Source: an uncultured Planctomycetota bacterium
GTDB lineage: Bacteria; Planctomycetota; Planctomycetia; Pirellulales; PALSA-1355
Reading direction: 5' to 3'
Assembly: GCA_963711515.1 (NCBI GenBank)
Contig: CAVQEL010000031.1
Coordinates: 82,052-146,051 of the forward strand
DNA: 64,000 nucleotides
Position numbers and translations under genes: made by a program. The notes beneath the pieces were generated by a model. That model saw nothing but the letters and a program-made list of their open reading frames with translations. It was not told where the DNA came from and made no database searches. Shown one piece after another: positions 10,936-26,193 of this stretch (position 1 is the stretch's first letter; each line of letters opens with the position of its first letter).

Positions 10936-12351
10936 ATGCGCTGGCCGCTGCGGTATCAGATCCTGTTTCCCTTTGCCGGCGTGATGCTGGCGGTCGTGCT
11001 GGGGGTCAGCTTGCTCGACGCCGTGTTGGCCGCCCGGCGCACCCAGCGGCAGATCGAGCACCAACTGCGCGAGGTGGCCACCACGCTCCAGGAGGCCAAC
11101 TTTCCGCTGACCGACGCCGTGTTGGCCCAAACCCGGGGACTCTCGGGTGCGGAATTCCTGCTGATCGACAAGAGCGGGCACCTGCAGGCGGCCAGCCTGG
11201 ACAGGGTTGATTTACAGGCCCTCGGATCGATCCCCGACGGCAACGATCGATTTCGTCTGGGACAAGCCGTTTCGATGGGGGGCCGCGACTATTTCCACAC
11301 CGCGGTGACGATCGCCCCGCGCGCCGCCGGCACCGCGGCGATGCGGCTGCACATCCTCTATCCGCAGGATTTTCTGCGGCTGGCTCGTTGGGAGGCCGCC
11401 ACGCCGCCGTTGGTCGTCGGCGGATTGCTGTTGGTCGTGGTCGCCGCGTTGGCGTTTGCCATCGCCGGCCGCTTGAGCCGGCCGATTCTTGAATTGCGCC
11501 GCCAACTCAGCCGTCTGGTGCAGGGAGATTTTCAACCGCTGGCGCTGCCGCAGCGAAACGACGAATTGCGCGACCTGGTCGGCTCGGTCAACTCGCTGGG
11601 CGATCAGTTGGCCCAGCTTCGCCGCGTCATCAAACGTTCCGAACGGCTGGCCCTGTTGGGACAGCTCAGCGGCGGCCTGGCCCATCAACTGCGCAACACC
11701 GTGACCGGCGCCCGCATGGCCGTTCAATTGCACGAGCGGCATTGCCCCGGCGCCGATCGGGACAGCCTGGACGTGGCGCTGCGGCAACTGTCGATGACCG
11801 AATCGCATTTGCAACGCTTCCTCACGGCCGGCCGGCCGGCGACGCCGCGCCGCGGACCCTGCCGGCTGTCGGCGGTGATCGCCGACGTGGCGGCGCTGGT
11901 GGCCCCGGCCTGCCGCCATCGGGACGTCGAACTGCAACTGCCCGACGACGCCGACGTCGAGCTGTGGGCCGACGCCGAACAATTGCGGCAGTTGCTGTTG
12001 AATCTGGTGCTCAACGCCGTGGAAGCCGCCGGCTCCGGCGGTTGGGTCCGCTTGGAAGCCGAATCGCCGGGCGAGTCGGTCACCTTCCGCGTCCTCGACA
12101 GCGGACCGGGCATTCCGGCCGGCGTCGTCGAGCACCTGTTCGAGCCGTTCGTCACCGGACGCCCCGAGGGCATCGGGCTGGGGCTGGCCGTCGTGCGGCA
12201 AATCGCCGAGGCTCACGGCGGCACGATCCGCCTGGCCTCGCAGGCGCCGACGACTTTCGAGATCACTTTGCCTGCCGGCCAACCGCCCGACGCGCCGCCC
12301 CACCGGGCGCCGGGCGACGCGGTCGATGCTTCCGCACACATGCCAGTCTGA
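10936..12351 (+). CDS. Membrane sensor histidine kinase (HAMP-HisKA-HATPase)
   Basis: Two TM segments, H-box LAHQLRN, LLNLVLNAVEA, DSGPGIP, GIGLGLAV. Confidence 0.92.
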   Translation: MRWPLRYQILFPFAGVMLAVVLGVSLLDAVLAARRTQRQIEHQLREVATTLQEANFPLTDAVLAQTRGLSGAEFLLIDKSGHLQAASLDRVDLQALGSIPDGNDRFRLGQAVSMGGRDYFHTAVTIAPRAAGTAAMRLHILYPQDFLRLARWEAATPPLVVGGLLLVVVAALAFAIAGRLSRPILELRRQLSRLVQGDFQPLALPQRNDELRDLVGSVNSLGDQLAQLRRVIKRSERLALLGQLSGGLAHQLRNTVTGARMAVQLHERHCPGADRDSLDVALRQLSMTESHLQRFLTAGRPATPRRGPCRLSAVIADVAALVAPACRHRDVELQLPDDADVELWADAEQLRQLLLNLVLNAVEAAGSGGWVRLEAESPGESVTFRVLDSGPGIPAGVVEHLFEPFVTGRPEGIGLGLAVVRQIAEAHGGTIRLASQAPTTFEITLPAGQPPDAPPHRAPGDAVDASAHMPV

Positions 12352-12361
12352 AAGGCACGCC

Positions 12362-13757
12362 ATGAGCCACGTCTTGATCGTCGACGACGAAGAGAGCATC
12401 TGCTGGGGACTGAAACGTCTGTTGGCCGAAATGGGCCACCAGGTCAGCGTCGCCTCCAGCGCCGAAGCAGGCGCTGGCGGCCGTCGACGACTGCCGGCCC
12501 GACCTGGCCGTGCTCGACGTGCGACTGCCGGGCATGGACGGTCTGGCCGCCATGCAGCCGCTGCGCGAGGCCATGGGCCCGATGCCGATCGTCGTGATCA
12601 CGGCCTTCGGTAATCTCGACGTGGCCGTCACGGCCATGCGCAACGGGGCGTTCGACTATCTCACCAAACCGTTCGACCTGGAACAGGCCGCCGCCGTGAT
12701 CGATCGGGCGCTGTGCGCAGGGCAAATTGCCCCCCTCGTCGTCGCAACCGGTGGAAGACGACTGGCAGCAAGAACTGCTTGGCACCGGCCCGGCCATGCA
12801 GGAAGTGTTCAAGCGCATCGCGTTGGTCGCGCCGTCGGATGCCTCGGTGCTCATCATCGGCGAAAGCGGCACCGGCAAGGAACTGGTGGCCCGGGCCATT
12901 CACCGGCATTCGCTGCGGGCCGATCGGCCGTTCGTGCCGATTCATCTGGCCTCGCTCAGCCCCACGCTGGTCGAAAGCGAGCTGTTCGGCCACGTGCGGG
13001 TGCGTTCACCGGCGCCGAAGGGGCCCGCCGCGGATTGCTCGAGCTGGCCGACGGCGCCACGGTGTTCTTTGACGAAGCCGGCGACATTCCGCCCGCCGTG
13101 CAAGTGAAGCTGTTGCGCGTCCTGGAGCAGCAGGAGGTCACGCCGGTCGGTAGCGCGGAGTCTCGGGCCACTTCGTTCCGCGTGATTGCCGCCACGAACC
13201 GCGATTTGCACGCCGACTCCGCAGGCGCCGAACTGCGGCGCGATTTGTACTTCCGCCTGGCGGCGTTCGAGATCGTGCTGCCCCCGTTGCGCGAGCGCGT
13301 CGAAGACATTCCGCTGTTGGCCCAGGCGTTTTTACATCGCGCCGGCCGCGGCGGACGGCAATGCCGGGGTTTTTCCGCGGCCGCCATGGACGAGCTGTGC
13401 CGCCGTTCCTGGCCCGGCAACGTCCGGCAATTGCGGCACGCGGTCGAGCACGGCATGCTGTTGGCCCGTGGGGGACAGATCGAATGCGAGCACCTCCCGC
13501 CCGACATGGACGAAACGCCGCTGGCCTCGACGCAGGCGGAGCTGGATGCGGCGGTGTGCGATTGGACGCGGCAACAACTGGCCGAAGGCACGTCGCACGG
13601 CCGTATCTATCAGCGGTTCCTGGCCCGGGTCGAGCCGTCGCTGTTCGAGACCGTGCTGCATCGCACGACCGGCAATCGGGCCGCCGCGGCCGACGCGCTG
13701 GGCATCCATCGCGCCACCCTGCGCAAGAAACTGGCCGTCAAAACCGACGAGCCATAG
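12362..13757 (+). CDS. Sigma54-dependent response regulator (NtrC family), frameshifted
   Basis: Receiver ([17 protein letters not shown]); [15 protein letters not shown]; ESELFGH followed by GAFTGA after a frame change; WPGNVRQL; C-terminal HTH. Frame changes near 12470, 12720 and 13000. Confidence 0.9.
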
Positions 13758-13860
13758 AAGTTGTTTCAAAACCGAGTTTGGGTGCCACGGCTGGCTCGTC
13801 CAGCAGTGCAGACCCCTCGATCACACTGCTGGACAAACCGGACAAGCCAGCAGTGGCACC
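13755..13860. repeat. Composite REP-A doublet with a GTTTCAAAACCGAGTTT left end
   Basis: TAGAAGTTGTTTCAAAACCGAGTTTGGGTGCCAC... plus an inverted second REP. Confidence 0.85.
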
Positions 13861-13874
13861 GGACGCGCGACCGC

Positions 13875-14240
13875 TCACTTCTCCACGAGCACCGTATCCT
13901 CGTGCTCGTAGGCCGGCGCACAGCAGCACAAGAAGACCAACGTTTGGTCGCCGGTGTTCGTGATTTCGTGTTCCGCGCCCGGCGGGATGGCGATCGCGTC
14001 GCCCGGCCCGACGTCGGCCGTCTCGTCGCCGATCCGCATTCGCCCCGTGCCTGACAGGATGTAATAGATCTCTTCGGTGTGGACGTGATAGTGCGGCGTC
14101 GTGCTGGCCCCGAGGGGCAGTCGGGCCTCGGCCAGGCTTTGCTGGGCGATCGACGAATTGCGGTGCGCAAGCAGCTCGCGAATCTCGGAACCGTCCTTCG
14201 TCGTGAAGCTGGGCACGCGGTCTCGATTGTGGATGTCCAT
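13875..14240 (-). CDS. Cupin domain protein
   Basis: PHYHVHTEEIYYILSGTG and IPPGAEHEITN motifs. Confidence 0.9.
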   Translation of the reverse strand: MDIHNRDRVPSFTTKDGSEIRELLAHRNSSIAQQSLAEARLPLGASTTPHYHVHTEEIYYILSGTGRMRIGDETADVGPGDAIAIPPGAEHEITNTGDQTLVFLCCCAPAYEHEDTVLVEK

Positions 14241-14289
14241 CGGCGCGATTTTCCTAGGGGTTGATGATGACGGCGCGTGCACGCCGGGG

Positions 14290-14997
14290 CTACTTGCGGC
14301 CGATCGCGATCACCGCGGGCGAATACGATCGCACGTCCCAGTCGAGCCCTCCCGGCAACAATCCTACGTCAAATCGACCGTCGCATTCCACGACGAACTC
14401 GCTCGCTGGGGGCGACCGTTCGACCAGCCAGTGCAACAGCGAGAGCATCTCGGCCTGCCGCTCGACGTAGAACGCGTACGGAGGCGAGCAGAAAACCAGC
14501 CAGGGTTGCTCCCCCGGGATGGCGGCTTTTTGGGCCCACAAAAAGACGTTGGCCGGTTCGACGTGACAGCGGTCGGCGACGCCCAGCAGGGCCGCATTCT
14601 GGCGGATGATGCGGGCGGTGGGAAAGTGCTGCTCGACGAAGGTGGCCGCGGCGGCTCCGCGGCTCATGGCCTCGAGCCCCAGCGCGCCGGTGCCGGCGAA
14701 CAGGTCGAGGGCGAGCTTTCCGGCCTGCTCGTGGCCCAAGAGGTTAAAAACGGCCTCGCGGACGCGATCCTTCATCGGTCGCGTGCGTAGATGACCGGTA
14801 TAGAGGAGCTTGCGTCCGCGAAACTCGCCGCCGATGATGCGCAGCGACGGCGCGGCGCTCTGTTCGTGGCGGTCGTGTTGTTCGGCGGGGTTTTTCCGGT
14901 GGCGCCACGAGCTGTTCCTTGGTGCCGAGACTGCTGGCAGTCGTCGCGGCGCCTCGTAGGGGGGGCGAATCCCAAGGGAAACGCGCCTCCGGTGCAA
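14290..14997 (-). CDS. rsmD: 16S rRNA m2G966 methyltransferase (start uncertain)
   Basis: LRIIGGEFRGRKL, TRPMKDRVREAVFN, LDLFAGTGALGLEAMSRGA, SPPY. Confidence 0.88.
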   Translation of the reverse strand: MHRRRVSLGIRPPYEAPRRLPAVSAPRNSSWRHRKNPAEQHDRHEQSAAPSLRIIGGEFRGRKLLYTGHLRTRPMKDRVREAVFNLLGHEQAGKLALDLFAGTGALGLEAMSRGAAAATFVEQHFPTARIIRQNAALLGVADRCHVEPANVFLWAQKAAIPGEQPWLVFCSPPYAFYVERQAEMLSLLHWLVERSPPASEFVVECDGRFDVGLLPGGLDWDVRSYSPAVIAIGRK

Positions 14998-15073
14998 ATC
15001 GAATCTGCTATGCTAAATATACTAAACGATTCCATCCGGCTCGGCCCAAGCCCAACCTTCCCAGGATCCCGCC

Positions 15074-16180
15074 ATGAACCGTCTTCTGCCCGTCGTGTTG
15101 GCCCTCTTGTTGTCCTCTTTTTCGGCCGCCTTGGTCGTCGGGCAGGAAACGGCCGTCACGGCCGACGACTACCCTAAGCTGTTCAAACAGTGGCGGCAAA
15201 ACCTGGCCCGCTTCTCCCAATTGAGGCAACAGTACCAGTCCGACCCGGCGGCCGACAAGAAGGCTCTGCAGGCCGAAGCGGACAAGATCGGCGAGTCGAC
15301 CAAGAAGCTGATGGAGCCGTTGTTTCAATCGGCCAAGCTCGCTTACGCCGCGGCTCCCAACCAGGACAAGCAGCTCACCGATTTTCTGATCGCCGCCACG
15401 GCCGACTATATCAACACCGACGACTACGAAAAGGCCGCCGAAACCGCCAAATTGCTCATCGAAAACAACTGCGATAATGAACACCTCGATCTGCTCGCCG
15501 GCATCGCGCTGTTCAACGCCAACGAGTTTCTCGACGCCGAGAAGCATCTGCAAGCCGCCAAGGATAAAGAGGCCATCAATCGAAAAGGCCTGGAACTGCT
15601 CGACCAAATCGATAAGTACAAGAAGTCCTGGCCCAAGGAAAGCCAACTTCGCGCCGCCGAAGACCAGGCCGGCGACCTGCCCAAGGTGAAACTCGAAACC
15701 AGCGCAGGGGACATCGTCGTCGTCTTGTTCGAGAACGAAGCCCCCAACACGGTGGCCAACTTCATTAGCCTCGTCGAGAAGGGCTATTACAACGGTCTGG
15801 CCTTCCACCGCGTCATCCCCGGCTTCATGGCCCAGGGAGGCGATCCCAAGGGCGACGGCAGCGGTGGCCCCGGCTACACGATTCCCGACGAAGTCAGCTC
15901 GGCCAACCATCGCGAACATTTCCGCGGCAGCCTGAGCATGGCCAAGACACAAGCTCCCGACTCGGGGGGCTCGCAGTTCTTCATCTGCTTCGTCCCCACC
16001 GGACACCTCGACGGCATGCACACCGTCTTCGGCCGCGTCGTCCAAGGCATGGACGTGCTCGCCAAGCTGCAACGCACCGAAGGCGTGCCGGGCAATCCCG
16101 AGGCGGACAAAATCCTCAAGGCCACGGTCCTCTCCAAGCGACCGCACGAGTACAAGCCGCGCACGCAGCCCGATAAATAG
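15074..16180 (+). CDS. Secreted cyclophilin-type peptidyl-prolyl isomerase with an N-terminal helical domain
   Basis: Signal peptide; FHRVIPGFMAQGGDP, GSQFFI, LDGMHTVFGRVV. Confidence 0.93.
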   Translation: MNRLLPVVLALLLSSFSAALVVGQETAVTADDYPKLFKQWRQNLARFSQLRQQYQSDPAADKKALQAEADKIGESTKKLMEPLFQSAKLAYAAAPNQDKQLTDFLIAATADYINTDDYEKAAETAKLLIENNCDNEHLDLLAGIALFNANEFLDAEKHLQAAKDKEAINRKGLELLDQIDKYKKSWPKESQLRAAEDQAGDLPKVKLETSAGDIVVVLFENEAPNTVANFISLVEKGYYNGLAFHRVIPGFMAQGGDPKGDGSGGPGYTIPDEVSSANHREHFRGSLSMAKTQAPDSGGSQFFICFVPTGHLDGMHTVFGRVVQGMDVLAKLQRTEGVPGNPEADKILKATVLSKRPHEYKPRTQPDK

Positions 16181-16207
16181 TAGCCGGCTCGCTCGGGTGC
16201 GTCGCTC

Positions 16208-16297
16208 CCGTCGTTCGGCTGTAACGGCCCGTCGTTCGGCTGTAAGGGCCCGTCGTTCGGCTGCAAGGGCCGGTCGTTCGGCTGCAAGGGCCGGTCG
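16208..16297. repeat. 21-bp tandem repeat, about 4.3 copies
   Basis: Unit C(C/G)GTCGTTCGGCTG(T/C)AA(C/G)GGC. Confidence 0.9.
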
Positions 16298-16550
16298 AAA
16301 GCGGCAAACCGGTAGGGAAACGGAATCCTGCCCCAAATCATCACCGGGGTACCCTCCTTCGGGTGGAATTCATCGGCGGGCGCTCCGCCGCGCTCGCTTC
16401 TCGCCCCCGTAGCAGGATTCGTAATGATGCTCGGGCTGCGCTTCCAGCGTCCTAAACGCCCCTCGCCGTCGTGACTTGGGGCGGCGGTTCGGCCTCAATC
16501 CACGCTTGTTGGCGGGGCCGGCCAATTTCGCATGGCTGGTGGAAAACTGC

Positions 16551-16579
16551 TTGACGCGAGCGGCCGGTAAGTCTAGCTT
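16551..16579 (+). promoter_or_regulatory. Putative sigma70 promoter of the LysR gene
   Basis: TTGACG-N17-TAGCTT about 65 bp upstream of the ATG. Confidence 0.55.
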
Positions 16580-16643
16580 AACATGTTCGCCGCAAATCCT
16601 GTGATTGTGTTCTATTTGAAATTCTCATCACGCCGGCCTCTCC

Positions 16644-17702
16644 ATGCATATCAAAGCGCTCAAGGTCTTTTGCGACGTCGTGGGCTGGCGCAGCTTTTCT
16701 CGGGCCGCCGACGAAAACGGCATCTCGCAGTCTGGTGCTAGCCAGGTCGTCAACCAGCTCGAGCGCCGTCTGGGCGTCAAGCTGATCGATCGCTCGAAGC
16801 GCCCCTTCGTCCTCACCCCCGAGGGGGAAACCTACTACGAAGGCTGCCGCAAGCTGGTCCAGCGCTACGACGCCCTGGAAGACCAGGTCCGCACGCTGCA
16901 CGAAGAGGTATCGGGCCGCGTGCGCGTGGTCTCGATCTACTCGGTCGGCTTGCACCACATGAGCCGCTACTTGCAGCAGTTTCTGACGCAATATCCCAAG
17001 GCCAACGTGCGGCTCGAGTATCAGCATCCGCACCGGCTGTACGACGCGGTGGAAAAAGACCACGCCGACCTGGGCCTGGTGAGCTATCCGCGCCCTTCGC
17101 GCTCGATCGAAGCCATCCCCTGGCGCGAGGAGCCGATGGTGCTGGTGTGCGCCCCGGGCCATCGCCTGGCCGGCTATCCGCGCGTGGCGATCGACGATCT
17201 GGCCGGTGAGCGGATGATCGGCTTCGACAGCGAGCTGACGATCCGCCGCGAGATCGATCGCGTGCTGCAACTGCACGACGCCGAAGTGCGCGTGGCGATG
17301 GAGTTCGACAACATCGAAACCATCAAGCGGGCGGTCGAGATCGACGCCGGCGTGGCCTTGCTGCCCGAACCGACCGTGCTCCGCGAGGTCGAAACGCACA
17401 CGCTGGTGAAGGTGCCTCTGGTGGGAGACGAACTGGTGCGACCGCTGGGCATCATCCACCGCCGCGGCAAGGAGCTGGGCAGCACGACCCGGCGATTTAT
17501 CGAGCTGTTGCAAAACGAAGGACAGTGTACGCAAGCGCCCGACGCGTGCACGGCCGACGCCGCGCCGCGTGAAGATTGCCAACTGGTTCACAACGGCCAT
17601 TCGGCCGGCCAGACCAACGGTGCCGCGCCAGCCCCCGTCGATCCTGCGCCCGAGGAACTCACCAGCCCCTCGCGTCGCGCGGTGCGCATCAAGGCGAAGT
17701 AA
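16644..17702 (+). CDS. LysR-family transcriptional regulator
   Basis: [38 protein letters not shown]; [22 protein letters not shown]. Confidence 0.93.
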   Translation: MHIKALKVFCDVVGWRSFSRAADENGISQSGASQVVNQLERRLGVKLIDRSKRPFVLTPEGETYYEGCRKLVQRYDALEDQVRTLHEEVSGRVRVVSIYSVGLHHMSRYLQQFLTQYPKANVRLEYQHPHRLYDAVEKDHADLGLVSYPRPSRSIEAIPWREEPMVLVCAPGHRLAGYPRVAIDDLAGERMIGFDSELTIRREIDRVLQLHDAEVRVAMEFDNIETIKRAVEIDAGVALLPEPTVLREVETHTLVKVPLVGDELVRPLGIIHRRGKELGSTTRRFIELLQNEGQCTQAPDACTADAAPREDCQLVHNGHSAGQTNGAAPAPVDPAPEELTSPSRRAVRIKAK

Positions 17703-17724
17703 GGCCCGCGTAAGGAAATCCGCC

Positions 17725-22290
<4,566 letters not shown>

Positions 22291-22298
<8 letters not shown>

Positions 22299-23777
22299 CG
22301 TACACGGCTTCATGAAGTACCAGCGCAACTACGCGCCCAAGGAGCCGGTGGCCGAGCGGCTCAAGCACTTCAACGAGTTCCTCAAGGTCATCCCCACCGA
22401 GGAGCTGCAAGCCCAGGGTGCGCGGTGCATGGACTGCGGCATCCCGTTCTGCCACACCGGCTGCCCGCTGGGAAACATCATTCCCGACTGGAATGACCTG
22501 GTCTATCGCAACCAGTGGCGCGAAGCGATCGACCGGCTGCACGCCACGAACAATTTTCCCGAGTTCACCGGCCGCGTCTGTCCCGCTCCCTGCGAGGCGG
22601 CCTGCGTGCTGGGCATCAACGAAGACCCCGTGTCGATCAAGCAGATCGAAATGTCGATCGCCGATCGGGCGTTCGACGAAGGCTGGATCGTGCCCGAGCC
22701 TCCCGCCACGCGGACCGGCAAGCGGGTGGCCGTGGTGGGCAGCGGACCGGCCGGATTGGCCGCCGCCCAGCAGCTCAACCGGGCCGGCCATCAGGTCACG
22801 CTCTTCGAACGGGCCGACCGCCCGGGCGGGCTGTTGATGTACGGCATCCCCGACTTCAAGCTCGAAAAATCGCGCGTCTGGCGGCGCATCGACCAGATGC
22901 GGGCCGAAGGGGTCGAGTTCCGCACCGGCGCGAACGTGGGCGTGAACGTCTCGGTCGACGAGCTGCGCGACGGGTACGATGCCCTGGTGCTCACCGGCGG
23001 CTCCACGCAGCCGCGCGACCTGGCCATACCGGGCGCGAATTGCAGGGCGTGCACTTCGCCATGGAGTTTTTGCCGCAGCAGAACCAGCGCAACCAGGGGG
23101 ACGCGGTGCCGGACCAGATCCTGGCCACCGGCAAACACGTGATCGTCATCGGCGGTGGCGACACCGGCAGCGACTGCACGGGCACCTCGAACCGGCAGGG
23201 CTGCGCGAGCCTGACGCAGTTCGAGCTGTTTCCCGCACCGCCCGACGTCGGGCAGTTTCCCCGCAGCAACGAGCGTCCGGCCAACAGCCCTTGGCCTTAC
23301 TGGCCGATCATCTTCCGCACCAGCACTTCGCACGAGGAAGGCTGCGAGCGCGAGTTCAGCATCGAGACCAAGGAATTCCTCGGCGACGACGCGGGCCACG
23401 TGCAAGGCCTGCGCACCGTCCGCGTCGAATGGATCAAGGACGCCAACGGGCGGCCCACTCCGCGCGAAGTGCCCGGCACCGAAAAGACCTGGCCGGCCCA
23501 ACTTGTGCTGTTGGCCATGGGCTTTCTCGGCCCCGAGAAGCACGGCATGATCGACCAGCTTGGCCTCGAGCTCGATCCGCGCGGCAACGTCAAGTGCGAC
23601 GAGAATTACATGTCGAGCGTGCCCGGCGTCTTCGCCGCCGGCGACATGCGCCGCGGTCAGTCGCTGGTGGTGTGGGCCATTCACGAAGGTCGCGAAGCGG
23701 CCCGCGCCGTCGACAAATATCTCATGGGCGTCACCCATCTACCCAGCGTCAACGCCGGCGACTTCGCCTGGAAGTAA
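22291..23777 (+). CDS. gltD: Glutamate synthase small subunit; frameshift near 23035
   Basis: [48 protein letters not shown]. Confidence 0.95.
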
Positions 23778-23790
23778 AAACGGTGCCAGT

Positions 23791-23813
23791 AAAACGGTGT
23801 CAGGCACCGTTTC
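23791..23813. repeat. Short palindrome AAACGGTGTCAGGCACCGTTT
   Basis: Inverted repeat just after the gltD stop, preceded by a partial direct copy; related GTGTCAGGCAC at 34921. Confidence 0.55.
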
Positions 23814-23824
23814 CCACGCGCGTG

Positions 23825-23946
23825 GTAGGCACGCTCCGCGTGCCGTAAAACTGGGGCACTACAGGCGCCGGCCTGACACGTGCTCGATCCACGAGAATCC
23901 GCGCCAACTCAACTCCCGCGACGGCACGCGGAGCGTGCCTGCCACC
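23825..23946. repeat. REP family C inverted doublet (GTAG-footed)
   Basis: GTAGGCACGCTCCGCGTGCCGT at 23825 and its reverse complement at 23921-23942. Confidence 0.85.
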
Positions 23947-24297
23947 CGTCGCGGCCCAAACACCCATCGCCTGCCCGTCAGCACAAACTCCCTGCGGGAC
24001 TTTTTACGGTTTGTCCTTCGCACCACTACCCGCCGCCGAACGTAATAATTGTACGGAACCAAGGGGCAGGGTTGAGGCCGGCAGGGCGATCCGTGGAGCG
24101 GGTTTTGCCGGCGGCAGGGATTCTCCGGACGGGGCAAGAGCCGGCGATTGCCAAAGGTTTAAGGTGGCCGTGAAGAAAAACGGCTGCTAGCGTCGAATAG
24201 ACCTGTGGCGGCGCGCTCTGCCGGCTGGGCAAGCTCTGACGGCCGGCAAGCGCGCCACCTCTGGCAAAACCAAGGCGGAACAGAAAGAGGTGGGGCC

Positions 24298-24708
24298 ATG
24301 CAAGATAGCCATTCGTCGCAAATCAATATCCTGGCAATCGACGAACACCCGGATGTGCTCGCCGAAATTGCTCGCATCCTTCATCGCATCGGGTACGGAT
24401 GCCACCGGGCCTGTGACATGCAATCGGCCGCCGAGGCGCTGGCCCAGGGGACGCCCGATCTGATCGTGGCCGACGTGACGATGTCGGGCCGCAGCGGCGT
24501 GGCTCTGTGCGACGAGCTGAAGCGCCGCTTCGACCTGGAAGAGGTGCCGGTGATGTACCTCTCATCGATGCAAACGCCCGACATCATTCGCCGCGCGGAC
24601 GTTCCCGGCGGCGCGTATTACCTGCGCAAGCCGTTCAACGCGCCCGTGTTCGTCGAATTGGTGGAAAAGACCCGCCGCACGCCGCGGCCGCACCTGGCCG
24701 GCGTGTAA
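24298..24708 (+). CDS. Single-domain response regulator
   Basis: ILAIDE, PDLIVADVTM, YLSS, YLRKPF. Confidence 0.85.
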   Translation: MQDSHSSQINILAIDEHPDVLAEIARILHRIGYGCHRACDMQSAAEALAQGTPDLIVADVTMSGRSGVALCDELKRRFDLEEVPVMYLSSMQTPDIIRRADVPGGAYYLRKPFNAPVFVELVEKTRRTPRPHLAGV

Positions 24709-24889
24709 GCATCGCCAGCCGGGCCGCCGCGCCGCGAACGAACGTGACGCGGATCGCGAAGTGAACTCACGAGCCGGGGGAACCACTTCCTCCGGCTCTC
24801 TTTCGCGTGAGCCACCGTGCACGGATTTGACTCAACGGCGTCGCTGAGATAATACGGGCGCATTGGCTTGGACTGCTCCCGACCGGATC

Positions 24890-24960
24890 CGAACGCGAAG
24901 CGTGAGAGCGTGAGCGAGGATCCATGCCGATCGTCACCTCGCTGACGCTTCGGGTTGGGA
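24890..24960. repeat. REP family D doublet
   Basis: CGAAGCGTGAG..GCGTGAGCGAGG ... CCTCGCTGACGCTTCGGGTTGGGA; second copy at 44157-44221. Confidence 0.75.
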
Positions 24961-25003
24961 TGCGGCCGGGGATTTGGCGCGACGCAACCGCGTGGAGGCC
25001 GTC

Positions 25004-25362
25004 ATGGAAACGCAAACCGCCGAACAATTGACCCAGAAAAAGTGCGTGCCCTGCGAGGGGGGCGTTCCCAAGTACTCGCCTGACGAGGCCAGGCGCAACT
25101 CACAAAACTCTCCGGCTGGCGGCTCACGCACGAGGGGCAGCGGATCCGCAAGGATTGGGTCGTCAAGAATTTCATGGCCGGCATCGACTTCTTCAGCCGC
25201 GTGGCCGACGTGGCCGAAAACGACGGCCACCATCCCGATCTGCACCTGGAGGGGTATCGCAACGTGTGGATCGAGCTCTATACGCACGCCATCGGCGGCC
25301 TGTCGGAAAACGACTTCATCCTGGCCGCCAAGATCGACGACCTGCCGATTCGCCTCAAGTAG
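25004..25362 (+). CDS. Pterin-4-alpha-carbinolamine dehydratase; frameshift near 25095
   Basis: KKCVPCEGG N-terminus; AENDGHHPDLHL and THAIGGLSENDFILAAKID. Confidence 0.9.
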
Positions 25363-25378
25363 CCCCCGGCCGCCAGCC

Positions 25379-26065
25379 ATGTCAGCCAGCCAGCCGATCG
25401 CGCCCCTCGATGCGCCCCAGTCGCTCCGCCGGCGGTTCGAGCTGGCCGTGAGCGAAGTCTCGATCGGCGGCAAGACCTATCGCTTGCTGCGCCCCCGCAG
25501 CGTTGACGATCTGATCAGCGAAGAGGACTTCGCCCTCGACGAGCGCATTCCCTACTGGGCCGACTGCTGGCCCAGCAGCCACGTGCTGGCCGCGCACCTG
25601 GCGGGCGAGCAGGGCGCCGGTCGCACGCTATTGGAGTTGGGCTGCGGCATCGGGCTGGTGAGCCTGGTGGCCGCCGCCGCCGGGTTCGATGTGCTGGCCA
25701 CCGACTACTATGCTCACGCGCTGGAGTTCACCGCCGCCAATGCGCAGCGACACCACCTGGCCAGCGTCGACACGCGGCTGGTCGATTGGCGCGCTCTGCC
25801 CGACGATTTGGGAACCTTCGACCTGGTGGCCGCCAGCGACGTGCTCTACGAGCGGCCGCTGGTGCCCCTGGTGGCCCGAACTCTGGCCCACACGCTGTCC
25901 CCCGCAGGGCTGGCCCTGGTTGCCGATCCCGGCCGGCGGACGGCCGAGCCGTTTTTCGACGCATGCGACGAGCTGCACCTGGCGGCGCGGCCGATCGCCC
26001 GGGTACCGGCCACCGATCCGGCGGCCGAGGCGGCCATCGTGATCTACGAGATTCGCCGCCGGTAG
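25379..26065 (+). CDS. Class I SAM methyltransferase (Methyltransf_16-like)
   Basis: PYWADCWPSS, LELGCGIGL, ASDVLYE. Confidence 0.87.
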   Translation: MSASQPIAPLDAPQSLRRRFELAVSEVSIGGKTYRLLRPRSVDDLISEEDFALDERIPYWADCWPSSHVLAAHLAGEQGAGRTLLELGCGIGLVSLVAAAAGFDVLATDYYAHALEFTAANAQRHHLASVDTRLVDWRALPDDLGTFDLVAASDVLYERPLVPLVARTLAHTLSPAGLALVADPGRRTAEPFFDACDELHLAARPIARVPATDPAAEAAIVIYEIRRR

Positions 26066-26193
26066 CCGGCTGCAAGTACGTTGCCCGGCGCAGCGGGCGT
26101 CTCTGCGGGTCGCGGCGGATTTGACCTTCCGCTCGGCGGTGGCGAGAATGGACGCTTTGCAAGTCAGCCTGGCCATTATCTAGCGGACCCACC

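Noticed and set aside
16298-16345. c-di-GMP-I riboswitch (GGCAAACC...GAAA)
   Set aside because: The required pairing and the downstream GACGCAAAG segment are absent.
24974-26065. Dehydratase-methyltransferase fusion
   Set aside because: The dehydratase continues in another frame and stops at 25362; the methyltransferase starts at 25379.
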